Positions 35,140-44,036 of a DNA stretch of 64,000 nucleotides are shown here, in pieces; position 1 is the first letter of the stretch; each line of letters begins with the position of its first letter. Made by a program: the position numbers and the translations under genes. Under the pieces are notes generated by a model. The model saw only the letters and a list, made by a program, of their open reading frames with translations. It made no database searches and was not told the DNA's origin. Source of the stretch: Alphaproteobacteria bacterium. Lineage in GTDB: Bacteria > Pseudomonadota > Alphaproteobacteria > UBA8366 > JADFVY01. The stretch covers positions 12,621-76,620 of the forward strand of contig JBFHDX010000003.1 of the NCBI GenBank assembly GCA_041584475.1, written 5' to 3'.

Positions 35140-35960
35140 TGGAACTGCTGCTGCATTTCTTGAATACGGCTCGGGCAACGCTGTTCGATGTGGCGCCGAT
35201 CGCCGCCGTTCTCGTCGGCTTCCAGGCCCTGGTCATCCGCCGCCGGCCACCGGGCCTGCGGCGCATCGTCATCGGGTTCGTCTACGTCCTGGTCGGCCTC
35301 ACGCTGTTTCTGGTCGGCCTCGAGGAAGCGTTGTTCCCGATCGGTCGGATCATGGCCAGGCAGTTGACCGACCCGGTCTTCCTGGGTATCGCGGGATCCG
35401 CCGTGGTCTGGACCGATTACCTCTGGGTCTATGGCTTTGCCGCGGCCATCGGTTTCTCGACCACCATCGCCGAGCCATCGCTCCTGGCCGTGGCGGTCAA
35501 GGCGAACCAGGTCTCGGGCGGCACGATCTCGGTCTGGGGGCTGCGCATCACGGTGGCAATCGGGGTCGGTATCGGCGTCACGCTGGGCGTCTATCGCATC
35601 GTCACCGGCACGCCGCTCTACTGGTATATTATCGTCGGCTACGCGGTGCTGATCGTGCAGACCTGGCGGGTCGTCAGGGTGGCGGACGAGATCGTGCCCC
35701 TGGCGTACGATTCCGGTGGCGTGACGACCTCGACTGTCACTGTTCCGCTCGTCACGGCGCTCGGGCTCGGCCTTGCTGCAACGATCCCGGGACGCAGCCC
35801 GGTTATCGATGGATTCGGGCTGATCGCCTTTGCCAGCCTGTTTCCGATGATCACCGTCCTGGGTTACGCTGAGCTCGCCGCTGCCCGGGCCCGACGGCGC
35901 GACAGGGCGAGCGAGGTCGAGGTGGAAAAGGAACGGGGCACCGAAAGGAGCACCATATGA
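35139..35960 (+). CDS. DUF1538 family polytopic membrane protein, paralogue B
   Basis: The ATG at 35139 overlaps the stop of paralogue A (TGATG, 35137-35141). Length is 273 aa. The N-terminus is [29 protein letters not shown]. Conserved block is [50 protein letters not shown]. Confidence 0.82.
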   Translation: MELLLHFLNTARATLFDVAPIAAVLVGFQALVIRRRPPGLRRIVIGFVYVLVGLTLFLVGLEEALFPIGRIMARQLTDPVFLGIAGSAVVWTDYLWVYGFAAAIGFSTTIAEPSLLAVAVKANQVSGGTISVWGLRITVAIGVGIGVTLGVYRIVTGTPLYWYIIVGYAVLIVQTWRVVRVADEIVPLAYDSGGVTTSTVTVPLVTALGLGLAATIPGRSPVIDGFGLIAFASLFPMITVLGYAELAAARARRRDRASEVEVEKERGTERSTI

Positions 35961-36307
35961 GGTTCAAATTGATCATGGCGCTGGTCGATGACGACTACAC
36001 GGAAGAAATCGTCGCGGCCGCGCGCGAGGCCGGGGCTACCGGCAGCACGATCATCACCAGCGCTCGCGGCGAAGGGTTGAAGCCGGAAAAGACGTTCCTC
36101 GGGCTCGACCTCGCGGCGCAGCGCGATCTCCTGTTGTTCCTCGTCGCGGAACCGTTGAGCCGCGACATTCTCGAGACCATTGCCGAGGCGGGCAAGTTCG
36201 ACGAACGCCCCGGCTCCGGAATTGCCTTCCAGGTCGCCATCGAAGACGCGGTGGGCCTGTCGTCCCAGATGGAGACCCTGACCCAGGAAATCGAAGAGCA
36301 GATATGA
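35957..36307 (+). CDS. PII-like (GlnB-fold) signal-transduction protein, divergent
   Basis: 116 aa. The start forms an ATGA overlap with the upstream stop (35957-35960), with an AAAGGAG RBS at 35944-35950. The layout FKLIMALV / helix / GSTIITSARGEG / loop / LLLFLV / helix / GSGIAFQVAIEDAVG matches the PII double beta-alpha-beta fold. The canonical T-loop Tyr context and the TGxxGDGKIF signature are missing. Confidence 0.75.
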   Translation: MRFKLIMALVDDDYTEEIVAAAREAGATGSTIITSARGEGLKPEKTFLGLDLAAQRDLLLFLVAEPLSRDILETIAEAGKFDERPGSGIAFQVAIEDAVGLSSQMETLTQEIEEQI

Positions 36308-36729
36308 AGCAGGAACCGTATATCAGCGTTGCCGAAGTGATGACTCGCAACGTTCAGACGGTCGACAGCATGGCCACGGTGCGCGAGGCAATGGAGAAAA
36401 TGGCGACCTCGCATGTCAGTTCGCTGGTCGTCGATCGGCGCGACGAGCGGGACGAGTACGGCATCGTCGTCGTCACCGATATCGCCAGCAAGGTCGTCGC
36501 ACGGAATCTCTCGTTCGACCGCGTGCAGGTGTACGAGATCATGCGCAAGCCGATCATCACGATCGATCCCCAGATGGATCTGCGCTACGCCATCCGTCTG
36601 ATGGTTCGGCTCAACGCCAGCCGCGCGCTGGTCCAGGGTCCCGACCGCGAGCGGCAGGGCGTGGTGACGTTGCGCGACATGGTGCTGCGGTATGCCAAGG
36701 CACGCGATTCCGCGGAGCCCGGGAGTTGA
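36304..36729 (+). CDS. Tandem CBS-domain protein
   Basis: 141 aa. The start forms an ATGA overlap at 36304-36307. There are two CBS repeats: VAEVMTRNVQTVDSMATVREAMEKMATSHVSSLVVDRRD...GIVVVTDI and VYEIMRKPIITIDPQMDLRYAIRLMVRLNASRALVQ...GVVTLRDM. Confidence 0.85.
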   Translation: MKQEPYISVAEVMTRNVQTVDSMATVREAMEKMATSHVSSLVVDRRDERDEYGIVVVTDIASKVVARNLSFDRVQVYEIMRKPIITIDPQMDLRYAIRLMVRLNASRALVQGPDRERQGVVTLRDMVLRYAKARDSAEPGS

Positions 36730-37526
36730 CCGAGGGCGAACGGCCAGCGGGCGGAGTCTCGCCGACGATCCCGCGTGCCGCCCTGGTCACCGGTGCCGCG
36801 TACCGGATTGGCCGCGCCATTGCGGTCGAGCTGGCGTCGCGGGGATTCGCAGTCGCCGTTCACTACAACCGGTCGAAGGACGGGGCGAGCGAACTGGTCG
36901 CCGAGATCCGCGACGCGGGCGGACGGGCCGTCGCCGTCTCGGCCGACCTCACCGACGAGGCCGAGACGTCGAAGCTGATCGATCGCGCCACGGCTGCCGT
37001 CGGCCCCATCGGCTGCCTTGTGAACAATGCGTCACGGTTCGAAATGGATGTCTGCGACACGGTTACCCGCAAGAGCTGGGACGCCCACATGGAGACGAAC
37101 CTGCGGGCACCGTTCATCCTTTCGCAGTCCATGGCGGCGGCCCTCCCGGCCGACGCCGAGGGCGTCATCGTCAACCTGCTCGACCAGCGCGTGTGGAACC
37201 TCACCCCCTACTTCATCAGTTACACGGTCTCGAAATCCGCGCTCTGGACGCTTACGCAGACACTGGCGCTGGCGCTGGCACCGCGTATCCGGGTCAACGC
37301 CATCGGTCCCGGCCCGACGCTGAAGAGCGAGCGTCAGACCGAGGACCAGTTTCGCATGCAGTGGAACGCCGTACCGCTGCGTCGCGGTGCGACGCCCGAG
37401 GAGATCGCCGCGGGCGTGAGCTTCGTCCTGTCGGCGCCTTCGATGACCGGCCAGATGATCGCGCTCGATGGCGGCGAGCACATGGGCTGGGCCCAGCCGG
37501 AGCACGGGCAGACGCCCGTCGAATGA
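36726..37526 (+). CDS. Short-chain dehydrogenase/reductase (SDR) family oxidoreductase
   Basis: 266 aa. The TTG start at 36726 overlaps the CBS stop (TTGA), and there is no in-frame ATG or GTG before the Rossmann motif ALVTGAAYRIGRAIA. Further motifs are NNAS and the catalytic YTVSKSAL. Confidence 0.85.
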   Translation: MTEGERPAGGVSPTIPRAALVTGAAYRIGRAIAVELASRGFAVAVHYNRSKDGASELVAEIRDAGGRAVAVSADLTDEAETSKLIDRATAAVGPIGCLVNNASRFEMDVCDTVTRKSWDAHMETNLRAPFILSQSMAAALPADAEGVIVNLLDQRVWNLTPYFISYTVSKSALWTLTQTLALALAPRIRVNAIGPGPTLKSERQTEDQFRMQWNAVPLRRGATPEEIAAGVSFVLSAPSMTGQMIALDGGEHMGWAQPEHGQTPVE

Positions 37527-37821
37527 GTCGCTAAGAACCGGCGGACGACGGGGTCTTCGCCGTCGCATCCCGCAGCATCGGTTTCCGGTGCGGAAACACG
37601 GTGTTGGAGGGGCGCCGCCGATCGCGATTTTTTGCACAGCGGGTTTTCGTACTTCGCCGATCGCGTCCGGTGGCGCAGGCGTTGCCTATCGGTTATACAA
37701 CCTATACAGAAGGATACGGATTATGCCGTTAAAAAACAGGGCGTTAGATGATGTTGCCCAATTCTTGGGCAGCGCTCGCAAAGCTGTGAGATTCCCGATA
37801 CGAAGGGCCGGTCTTCGCGAT

Positions 37822-37856
37822 TTATCGACAAAGTTATCCACAGATTCCGTGGATTT
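37822..37856. promoter_or_regulatory. Cluster of DnaA-box-like 9-mers in an AT-rich island upstream of uvrC
   Basis: TTATCGACA at 37822-37830 has 1 mismatch. TTATCCACA at 37834-37842 is a perfect match to the E. coli-type consensus TTATCCACA. An inverted AAATCCACG (reverse complement of 37848-37856) has 3 mismatches. The three boxes are spaced 3 and 5 nt apart. Confidence 0.4.
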
Positions 37857-37947
37857 GTTTCTAAATTATTGAGAATTCGAAGATTCGTTCCGCGCAGCCG
37901 GTTCCGTGCCATTGACGGCGACGGCGGCGTTGCCGAGATTAGGGTCC

Positions 37948-39864
37948 ATGATCGACGCATCGTCCAGCGCGCAGTCGCCCGCTACCGGATCGCGCGGCGC
38001 TGCGGTCAGCCTCTCGGCCGGCACCCGGCTGATTCGCGAAAAGGTCCGTACGATGTCGGGTGCGCCCGGCGTCTACCGGATGATCGGCGGCCGCGGGAAA
38101 GTCCTGTATGTCGGCAAGGCGCGTAATCTGAAGAAGCGCGTCGGGACCTATGCCAATCCGGCGAGGCTGTCGGTACGGCTGCAGCGGATGGTGGCGGAGA
38201 CGAGGGAGCTCGAGGTCGTCACGACCCATACCGAGGTCGAGGCCCTGTTGCTCGAAGCCAACCTCATCAAGACGCTGAAGCCGCACTACAACATCCTGCT
38301 CCGCGACGACAAGTCGTTCGCCGACATACTCATCGCGACCGATCACGGCTATCCGCAGATCATCAAGCATCGCGGCGCCCGCAAGCGCCCTGGGCGTTAT
38401 TACGGGCCGTTCGCCTCCGCCGGTGCCGTGAACCGCACGATCACCGCCCTGCAGCGCGCGTTCCTGATCCGGAATTGTTCGGACGCGGTGTTCGCCAGCC
38501 GAACGAGACCCTGCCTGCAGTACCAGATCAAACGCTGCAGCGCGCCCTGTGTGGGGCGCATCGATCAGACCGACTACGACGATCTCGTGCGACAGGCTCA
38601 TGCCTTCCTGAGCGGGCGCACCCACGACGTCCAGCAAGATCTCGCGCGACAGATGCAGGTCGCGAGCGACGCCATGGAGTTCGAGCGCGCCGCCGCCATT
38701 CGCGACCGCATCAAGGCGTTGACGATGATCCAGTCGCACCAGGACATCAACCCCCTGGGAATCGGAAATGCCGACGTGATCGCCCTGGCACAGGAAGGCG
38801 GCCAGTCGTGTATCCAGGTGTTCTTCTTCCGCGACGGTCGCAACCACGGCAACCGCGCCTATTTCCCGAGCCACGACAGCAACGCCGGCCCGGCGGAGAT
38901 CATGGCGGCGTTCGTCGGCCAGTTCTACGAGGGTCGATCGCCGCCGAGACTGATCCTCATGAGCCACCAGCCCGACGAGGCGGCATTGCTCGGCGAGGCG
39001 CTTTCGGTGATGGCCGGCCGCAAGGTCGAGATCCGCGTGCCGCGGCGCGGGCGATTCCGGAAGCCGACCGAGCATGCGCTCATGAACGCCCGATCGGCAC
39101 TCGCAAGACGCATGTCGGAAAGCGCCTCGCAGCGGCGGCTGCTTGAAGGCGTGGCGGCGGCCCTCGACCTGGAATCGGCACCCGAGCGGATCGAGGTCTA
39201 CGACAACAGCCACATCCAGGGTACCGGTGCGGTGGGGGCGATGATCGTCGCCGGTCGCGAAGGTTTCAACAAGGCGGCGTATCGCAAGTTCAACATCCGG
39301 ATCGAAGGTGGTGACGAGGCGTCGGCGGGCGACGACTACGCGATGATGCGCGAGGTGCTGACGCGACGCTTCAGCCGGGCGATGCGGGAGGATCCCGATC
39401 GCGAAGACGGAACCTGGCCCGATCTCGTCGTGATCGACGGCGGGCCGGGGCAATTGTCGGTGGCGACAGGCGTGCTCGAGGAGCTCGGGATCGAGGATGT
39501 TGCGCTGGTCGCCATCGCCAAGGGGCCCGACCGGAACGCCGGGCGCGAGCGGTTCCATCGACCGGGACGCGCGCCGTTCATGCTCGAGCCGCGCGATCCC
39601 GTCCTGTATTTCCTGCAGCGCCTGCGAGACGAGGCGCACCGGTTCGCCATCGGCGCCCACCGAACGCGCCGGGCAAAGGGCATCGCAGCGTCGCCGCTCG
39701 ACGAGATCCCGGGCGTCGGAGCGCGTCGCAAGCGCGCCCTGCTCCAGCACTTCGGATCGGCGCGTGCCGTCGCGCAGGCGGGTCTGGCGGATCTCGAGGC
39801 GGTCGCGGGTGTCAGCCGCTCGGTCGCGCGGAAAATCTATGGCCATTTCCATGACGACCGTTAG
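37948..39864 (+). CDS. uvrC: Excinuclease ABC subunit C
   Basis: I prefer the ATG at 37948 (MIDASSS...). The GIY-YIG motif is [26 protein letters not shown]. The C-terminal (HhH)2 is [37 protein letters not shown]. Confidence 0.96.
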   Translation: MIDASSSAQSPATGSRGAAVSLSAGTRLIREKVRTMSGAPGVYRMIGGRGKVLYVGKARNLKKRVGTYANPARLSVRLQRMVAETRELEVVTTHTEVEALLLEANLIKTLKPHYNILLRDDKSFADILIATDHGYPQIIKHRGARKRPGRYYGPFASAGAVNRTITALQRAFLIRNCSDAVFASRTRPCLQYQIKRCSAPCVGRIDQTDYDDLVRQAHAFLSGRTHDVQQDLARQMQVASDAMEFERAAAIRDRIKALTMIQSHQDINPLGIGNADVIALAQEGGQSCIQVFFFRDGRNHGNRAYFPSHDSNAGPAEIMAAFVGQFYEGRSPPRLILMSHQPDEAALLGEALSVMAGRKVEIRVPRRGRFRKPTEHALMNARSALARRMSESASQRRLLEGVAAALDLESAPERIEVYDNSHIQGTGAVGAMIVAGREGFNKAAYRKFNIRIEGGDEASAGDDYAMMREVLTRRFSRAMREDPDREDGTWPDLVVIDGGPGQLSVATGVLEELGIEDVALVAIAKGPDRNAGRERFHRPGRAPFMLEPRDPVLYFLQRLRDEAHRFAIGAHRTRRAKGIAASPLDEIPGVGARRKRALLQHFGSARAVAQAGLADLEAVAGVSRSVARKIYGHFHDDR

Positions 39865-39921
39865 AATGCCGCGACCCTCGAAGCCGCTGTGCCATTGCTC
39901 CAAGCCCGCTTGCAAAGCCCA

Positions 39922-40539
39922 ATGCTGACGAGCCTGCCCAATCTCCTGACCGTCTCGAGGATCCTGCTGATCCCGCTGATCGTCGGCATGTTCTGGATCA
40001 ACGGCGATGTGGCCCGATGGGTGACGCTCGGGCTGTTCATCGCCGCCGGCGTAACCGACTATCTCGACGGTGTCGCGGCGCGATCGATGGGCAAGACGTC
40101 GAGCCTGGGCCGCTTTCTCGACCCGGTGGCGGACAAGCTCCTGGTTTCCTCGATCCTGATGATGCTCGTCGCCTTCGACGCGATATCGGGGCTCGTGATC
40201 CTGCCGGCCCTCGTCATCCTTTGCCGCGAGATCCTCGTCTCCGGCCTGCGCGAGTTCCTGGCCGGAATCAAGGTCGGCGTCCCGGTCAGCCGGCTCGCCA
40301 AGTGGAAAACGACTGTGCAGATGGTGGCGCTCGGCTTCCTCATCGTCGGCGAGGCCGGGCCGGTGTTTGTTCATCCGGCGCTGACCAGCATCGCCATCGG
40401 CGAGACCCTGCTGTGGATTGCCGCGATGCTGACGATCATTACCGGCTACGACTACATGCGCGCCGGGTTGCGCCACATGGCGGGAAACGAGAGGAGCACT
40501 GCCATGCCGAACAAGAAACAGACGCCGCCGCCGGCGTGA
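39922..40539 (+). CDS. pgsA: CDP-diacylglycerol--glycerol-3-phosphate 3-phosphatidyltransferase
   Basis: I prefer the ATG at 39922 (MLTSLPNLLTVSRILLIPL). The CDP-alcohol phosphatidyltransferase motif is DYLDGVAARSMGKTSSLGRFLDPVADK. It is in the classic position after uvrC. Confidence 0.92.
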   Translation: MLTSLPNLLTVSRILLIPLIVGMFWINGDVARWVTLGLFIAAGVTDYLDGVAARSMGKTSSLGRFLDPVADKLLVSSILMMLVAFDAISGLVILPALVILCREILVSGLREFLAGIKVGVPVSRLAKWKTTVQMVALGFLIVGEAGPVFVHPALTSIAIGETLLWIAAMLTIITGYDYMRAGLRHMAGNERSTAMPNKKQTPPPA

Positions 40540-40577
40540 CGGGCACCGGGGTCGGGCTTGCGGGCTTTGACGATGTG

Positions 40578-41099
40578 ATGAAGATTTTCGGACTGGCAGG
40601 CTGGAGCGGCAGTGGCAAGACCACCTTGATGGTCCGCCTGCTGCCGGAGCTCGTCGGACGTGGATTGCGCGTCTCGACGATGAAGCACGCCCATCACAGC
40701 TTCGAAATCGACAAGCCCGGCAAGGACTCGTACGAACATCGCGCGGCAGGGGCGCTGGAAGTGTTGATCACCGGCGGCCGGCGCTGGGCGCTGATGCATG
40801 AGAACCGCGGCGAGAGCGAGCCGTCCGTCGAGGAGCTCGTGCGTCGCATGACGCCGGTCGACCTGCTGCTCATCGAGGGTTTCAAGCGCTATGAGCACCC
40901 GAAGCTCGAAGTCCACCGCGCCGCGACGGGAAAGCCGCTGATCTGCACCGACGATCCGCATGTCGTTGCGGTCGCCAGCGACGCCCCGATGGAAGCTCTG
41001 CCCGTGCCGTGGCTGCATCTCGACGACGTCGCGGGAATCGCCGATTTCGTCGTCGGCCATTGCGGGCTGCCGAGAGGTGCGCGCCATGGCGCAGCTTAG
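40578..41099 (+). CDS. mobB: Molybdopterin-guanine dinucleotide biosynthesis adaptor protein MobB
   Basis: ATG at 40578 (MKIFGLAGWSGSGKTTLM, P-loop), in frame inside track ORF 40017-41099. Motifs are HAHHSFEIDKPGKDSYEH and LLLIEGFK. Confidence 0.87.
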   Translation: MKIFGLAGWSGSGKTTLMVRLLPELVGRGLRVSTMKHAHHSFEIDKPGKDSYEHRAAGALEVLITGGRRWALMHENRGESEPSVEELVRRMTPVDLLLIEGFKRYEHPKLEVHRAATGKPLICTDDPHVVAVASDAPMEALPVPWLHLDDVAGIADFVVGHCGLPRGARHGAA

Positions 41100-42342
41100 C
41101 GACGACTGTTTCGCGCATGGCGGCACCCTGATGCCGCTCGACGAGGCGCTCGCGCTGCTGTCCGAGCGGCTTGGACCTGTGTGCGCGACGGAAACCGTTC
41201 CCCTCGCGAGGGCGTTCGGCCGCGTTCTGGCGGAGGATGTGCAGGCCGCCGTCGATGTGCCGCCGCACGCCAACGCCGCGGTCGACGGCTATGCCGTCTA
41301 CTACGACGATCTCGACCCGGCGGCGGAAACGCGCTTGCCGATCGCCGGACGGGTGGCGGCCGGCGCCACCCTGGGGCACGTCATGCAGCGCGGGACGGCG
41401 GTTCGCATCTTTACCGGCGCGCCGATGCCGCCGGGGCCCGATACCGTCATGATGCAGGAGGACTGCCGCGAGGAAGGCGACCATGTGGTCATCGCGCCGG
41501 GCATCAAACGTGGCGCCAACCGGCGCGAAGCGGGAGAGGACGTGCGGCGGGGCGACACCGCGCTGCGCACAGGAAGGCGTCTCGGTCCCGCGGATATCGG
41601 TCTTGCCGCCGCGGTCGGCCGGGCCAGCCTTCGCGTCTACGTCCGGCTTCGCGTCGCCGTCTTCTCGACCGGCGACGAGGTGGTCGAACCGGCTTCCGAA
41701 CTGCCGGAAGGCGCAATCTACGACGCCAACCGGTACGCCCTCATGGCCGCGCTCGACGGCCTGGGTTGCGACGTCAGCGATCTCGGAATTCTGCCCGACG
41801 ACCGCCCGGCAATCGGCAAGGCACTCGCGTCCGCAGCCGGCAAGCACGACCTGATCCTGACGTCGGGCGGCGTGTCGACCGGTGACGAGGACCACGTCCG
41901 GGCCGCCGTCGAAGCCAACGGCGCGCTCCATTTCTGGCGCCTCGCGATCAAGCCGGGCCGGCCGGTGGCGATGGGGCAGGTGCGCGGCACACCGATCGTC
42001 GGACTGCCGGGAAATCCGGCGGCGGTACTGGTCACGTTCCTGCTGGTCGCGCGGCCGATCATCCTGCTGCTGGGCGGCGCGAGGATGCCGGCACCGGATC
42101 GATTTCCGGTGCGCGCGGGTTTCGACTACAAGAAGAAGAAAGGACGTCGTGAGTTCGTTCGCGTCCGACTGGCGGCACAGGCGGACGGGACGCTCGTCGC
42201 CCACAAGCACGGTCGGAGCGGTGCCGGCATCCTGTCGTCGATGGTCGATGCGGACGGGTTGGTGGACTTGCCCGCCGACATGACCTATCTGGAGTCCGGA
42301 AGAACGGTCGAGTTTCTGCCGTTCAGCGAGGTCTTGTCATGA
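41086..42342 (+). CDS. moeA: Molybdopterin molybdotransferase MoeA
   Basis: I prefer the ATG at 41086 (MAQLSDDCFAHGGTLMPLDEAL), which overlaps mobB by 14 nt. Motifs are VDGYAV, TSGGVSTGDEDHV, IKPGRP and GLPGNPAA. Confidence 0.92.
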   Translation: MAQLSDDCFAHGGTLMPLDEALALLSERLGPVCATETVPLARAFGRVLAEDVQAAVDVPPHANAAVDGYAVYYDDLDPAAETRLPIAGRVAAGATLGHVMQRGTAVRIFTGAPMPPGPDTVMMQEDCREEGDHVVIAPGIKRGANRREAGEDVRRGDTALRTGRRLGPADIGLAAAVGRASLRVYVRLRVAVFSTGDEVVEPASELPEGAIYDANRYALMAALDGLGCDVSDLGILPDDRPAIGKALASAAGKHDLILTSGGVSTGDEDHVRAAVEANGALHFWRLAIKPGRPVAMGQVRGTPIVGLPGNPAAVLVTFLLVARPIILLLGGARMPAPDRFPVRAGFDYKKKKGRREFVRVRLAAQADGTLVAHKHGRSGAGILSSMVDADGLVDLPADMTYLESGRTVEFLPFSEVLS

Positions 42343-42590
42343 GGATCCTCTATTTCGCCTGGCTGCGACAGCGCACGGGCACCGGCGAAGAGACGATCGA
42401 GCCGCCGCCCGAGGTCCGCGACGTCGCCGGGCTGATCGAGTGGCTGAAGGGGCGCGGACCGGGCCACGCCGAGGCGTTGCGGGATATCTCGGCCATTCGC
42501 GTCGCCATCAACCAGGAATTCGCCGGCATGGATTCGGCGGTCGCGCCGGGCGACGAGGTCGCCCTGTTCCCGCCGATGACAGGCGGTTGA
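42339..42590 (+). CDS. moaD: Molybdopterin synthase sulfur-carrier subunit MoaD
   Basis: 83 aa. The start forms an ATGA overlap with the moeA stop. It has a ubiquitin-like size and a C-terminal ...FPPMTGG. Confidence 0.87.
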   Translation: MRILYFAWLRQRTGTGEETIEPPPEVRDVAGLIEWLKGRGPGHAEALRDISAIRVAINQEFAGMDSAVAPGDEVALFPPMTGG

Positions 42591-42593
42591 GCC

Positions 42594-43073
42594 TTGGCCG
42601 TCCGGGTCCAGCGCGAGGATTTCGACGTCGGTGCCGCGCTCGCCGAGCTCACCGACGGCCGTCGGGATATCGGCGGCGTGGCGAGTTTCGTCGGCCTCGT
42701 TCGCGACGTCTCGGGCGACGCGCAGGTCAGGTCGATGACGCTCGAACATTACCCCGGCATGACCGAGAGTATGCTGGCCCGCATCGAAGCCGAGGCGAAG
42801 GCCCGCTGGCCGCTCGACGGGACGTTGATCATACACCGGTACGGCAGGCTCGAGCCCGGTGAGCGCATCGTGCTGGTCGCGACGGCGAGCGCCCACCGTC
42901 GTCACGCGCTGGAGGCCTGCGAATTCCTGATAGACTGGCTCAAGACCAAGGCACCGTTCTGGAAACTCGAAGATACCGGCGACGGAGAGCGATGGGTGGC
43001 CGCGAAGGCGAGCGACGACGACGCTGCGGCGCGCTGGCAGGCCGGCGCGTCGGATGATCGAGCCGCCGAATAG
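42594..43073 (+). CDS. moaE: Molybdopterin synthase catalytic subunit MoaE
   Basis: 159 aa with a TTG start at 42594. Motifs are GGVASFVGLVRD, LEHYPGMTE and ASAHRRHALEACEFLIDWLKTKAPFWK. Confidence 0.9.
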   Translation: MAVRVQREDFDVGAALAELTDGRRDIGGVASFVGLVRDVSGDAQVRSMTLEHYPGMTESMLARIEAEAKARWPLDGTLIIHRYGRLEPGERIVLVATASAHRRHALEACEFLIDWLKTKAPFWKLEDTGDGERWVAAKASDDDAAARWQAGASDDRAAE

Positions 43074-43135
43074 GGGCATCGTGCGGATTGGCAGCAGGGC
43101 ACGTCTTCGCTGACGGACGCCCGCCGGGGGACGGA

Positions 43136-44029
43136 ATGGGCAGTGCGTCCGGCAACGGGAAGCGGTCTCGCTATGGCCGGCTGTTGGCCCGATTGGCCGC
43201 ATGGGCCGCCTTCGCGTTCGCCACGCACCAGCTGATCCACAGGTACCTGTTCGACGTCGGGCCGGTTCCCGGACCCGGACTCGTCACGCTGCTCCTGCAG
43301 GCGCTTGCGGTGGCCGCAGCGGCCATGCTGCTGATCCTCGCCCTGCATCCGCGGCACGTGATCGGGCTCCGCGGACTGCTGGCGGCGGCGGTTTGGGCCT
43401 CGCTGATCGTTTTCGGTCATTACCTCTCGCATCTGTCGATGTCCGAGGTCGAGGCGACGCTGGCCGCACTGCGCGAGGGCATGGGCATGGGCGCGCTCGC
43501 GATGAGCGCGATCACGCTGGCGATATTGCTGGGCCTGCCGTTCGTTCCCAGCGTCGAGATGGGCCTATTGATGATGACCGTATTCGGACGCGAGGGAGCG
43601 GTGGCGGCCTGGCTGGCCACGATCGCCGGCCTCTCGCTCGCCTTCGCGGCGGGCCGTTACATGCCCTCGGCCGCCGCGTCGCGCTGGCTCGAGCGGCAGG
43701 GCCTGATCGCGCCGCACGACGAGGCGCCGGCTCCGGGCCCGGCGCTCGAGCGATTGCTCGACCGGACACGGATCGGCCGTGCCGGAGGACGCGTCGCTTC
43801 GTTCCTGCTGAGCCACCGCTATCTGCTGTTTGCAGCCCTGATCAACCTGCCCGGCAATTCCGTGCTCGGCGGCGGTGGCGGCATCGCGCTGGTCTGCGGC
43901 TTCTCGCGCCTCTATCGCTGGCCGTGGTTCGTGCTGACGACGGGGCTGGCGTCGCTGCCGATTCCGTTGCTCGTGTTTTCCGGCTTGATCCGCGTCGACG
44001 AGTGGCTCGCCGTGCTGGCGGGGCGCTGA
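43136..44029 (+). CDS. Hypothetical polytopic membrane protein
   Basis: The track start at 43088 is a TTG. The first ATG is at 43136 (MGSASGNGKRSRYGRLLARLAAWAAFAFATHQL). There are several hydrophobic helices and high GC3. I recognise no family. Confidence 0.6.
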   Translation: MGSASGNGKRSRYGRLLARLAAWAAFAFATHQLIHRYLFDVGPVPGPGLVTLLLQALAVAAAAMLLILALHPRHVIGLRGLLAAAVWASLIVFGHYLSHLSMSEVEATLAALREGMGMGALAMSAITLAILLGLPFVPSVEMGLLMMTVFGREGAVAAWLATIAGLSLAFAAGRYMPSAAASRWLERQGLIAPHDEAPAPGPALERLLDRTRIGRAGGRVASFLLSHRYLLFAALINLPGNSVLGGGGGIALVCGFSRLYRWPWFVLTTGLASLPIPLLVFSGLIRVDEWLAVLAGR

Positions 44030-44036
44030 CGCGCGG

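Noticed and set aside
37723-37872. 49-codon ORF (MPLKNRALDDVAQFLGSARKAVRFPIRRAGLRDLSTKLSTDSVDLFLNY) with an AGGA upstream, inside the AT-rich island before uvrC
   Set aside because: Third-codon-position GC is only about 50 percent, against the very high GC3 of every confident gene here. I recognise no family. The region is better explained as regulatory or non-coding DNA. A horizontally acquired small gene cannot be excluded without expression data.
37680-37900. Chromosomal replication origin (oriC)
   Set aside because: It has DnaA boxes, an AT-rich stretch and short repeats. However, there are no dnaA, dnaN, hemE, parAB or gid genes in the neighbourhood. I found no TTAA-N7-TTAA CtrA sites, there are only three boxes, and the flanking genes are uvrC and an SDR. 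I kept it as a DnaA-box cluster finding instead.
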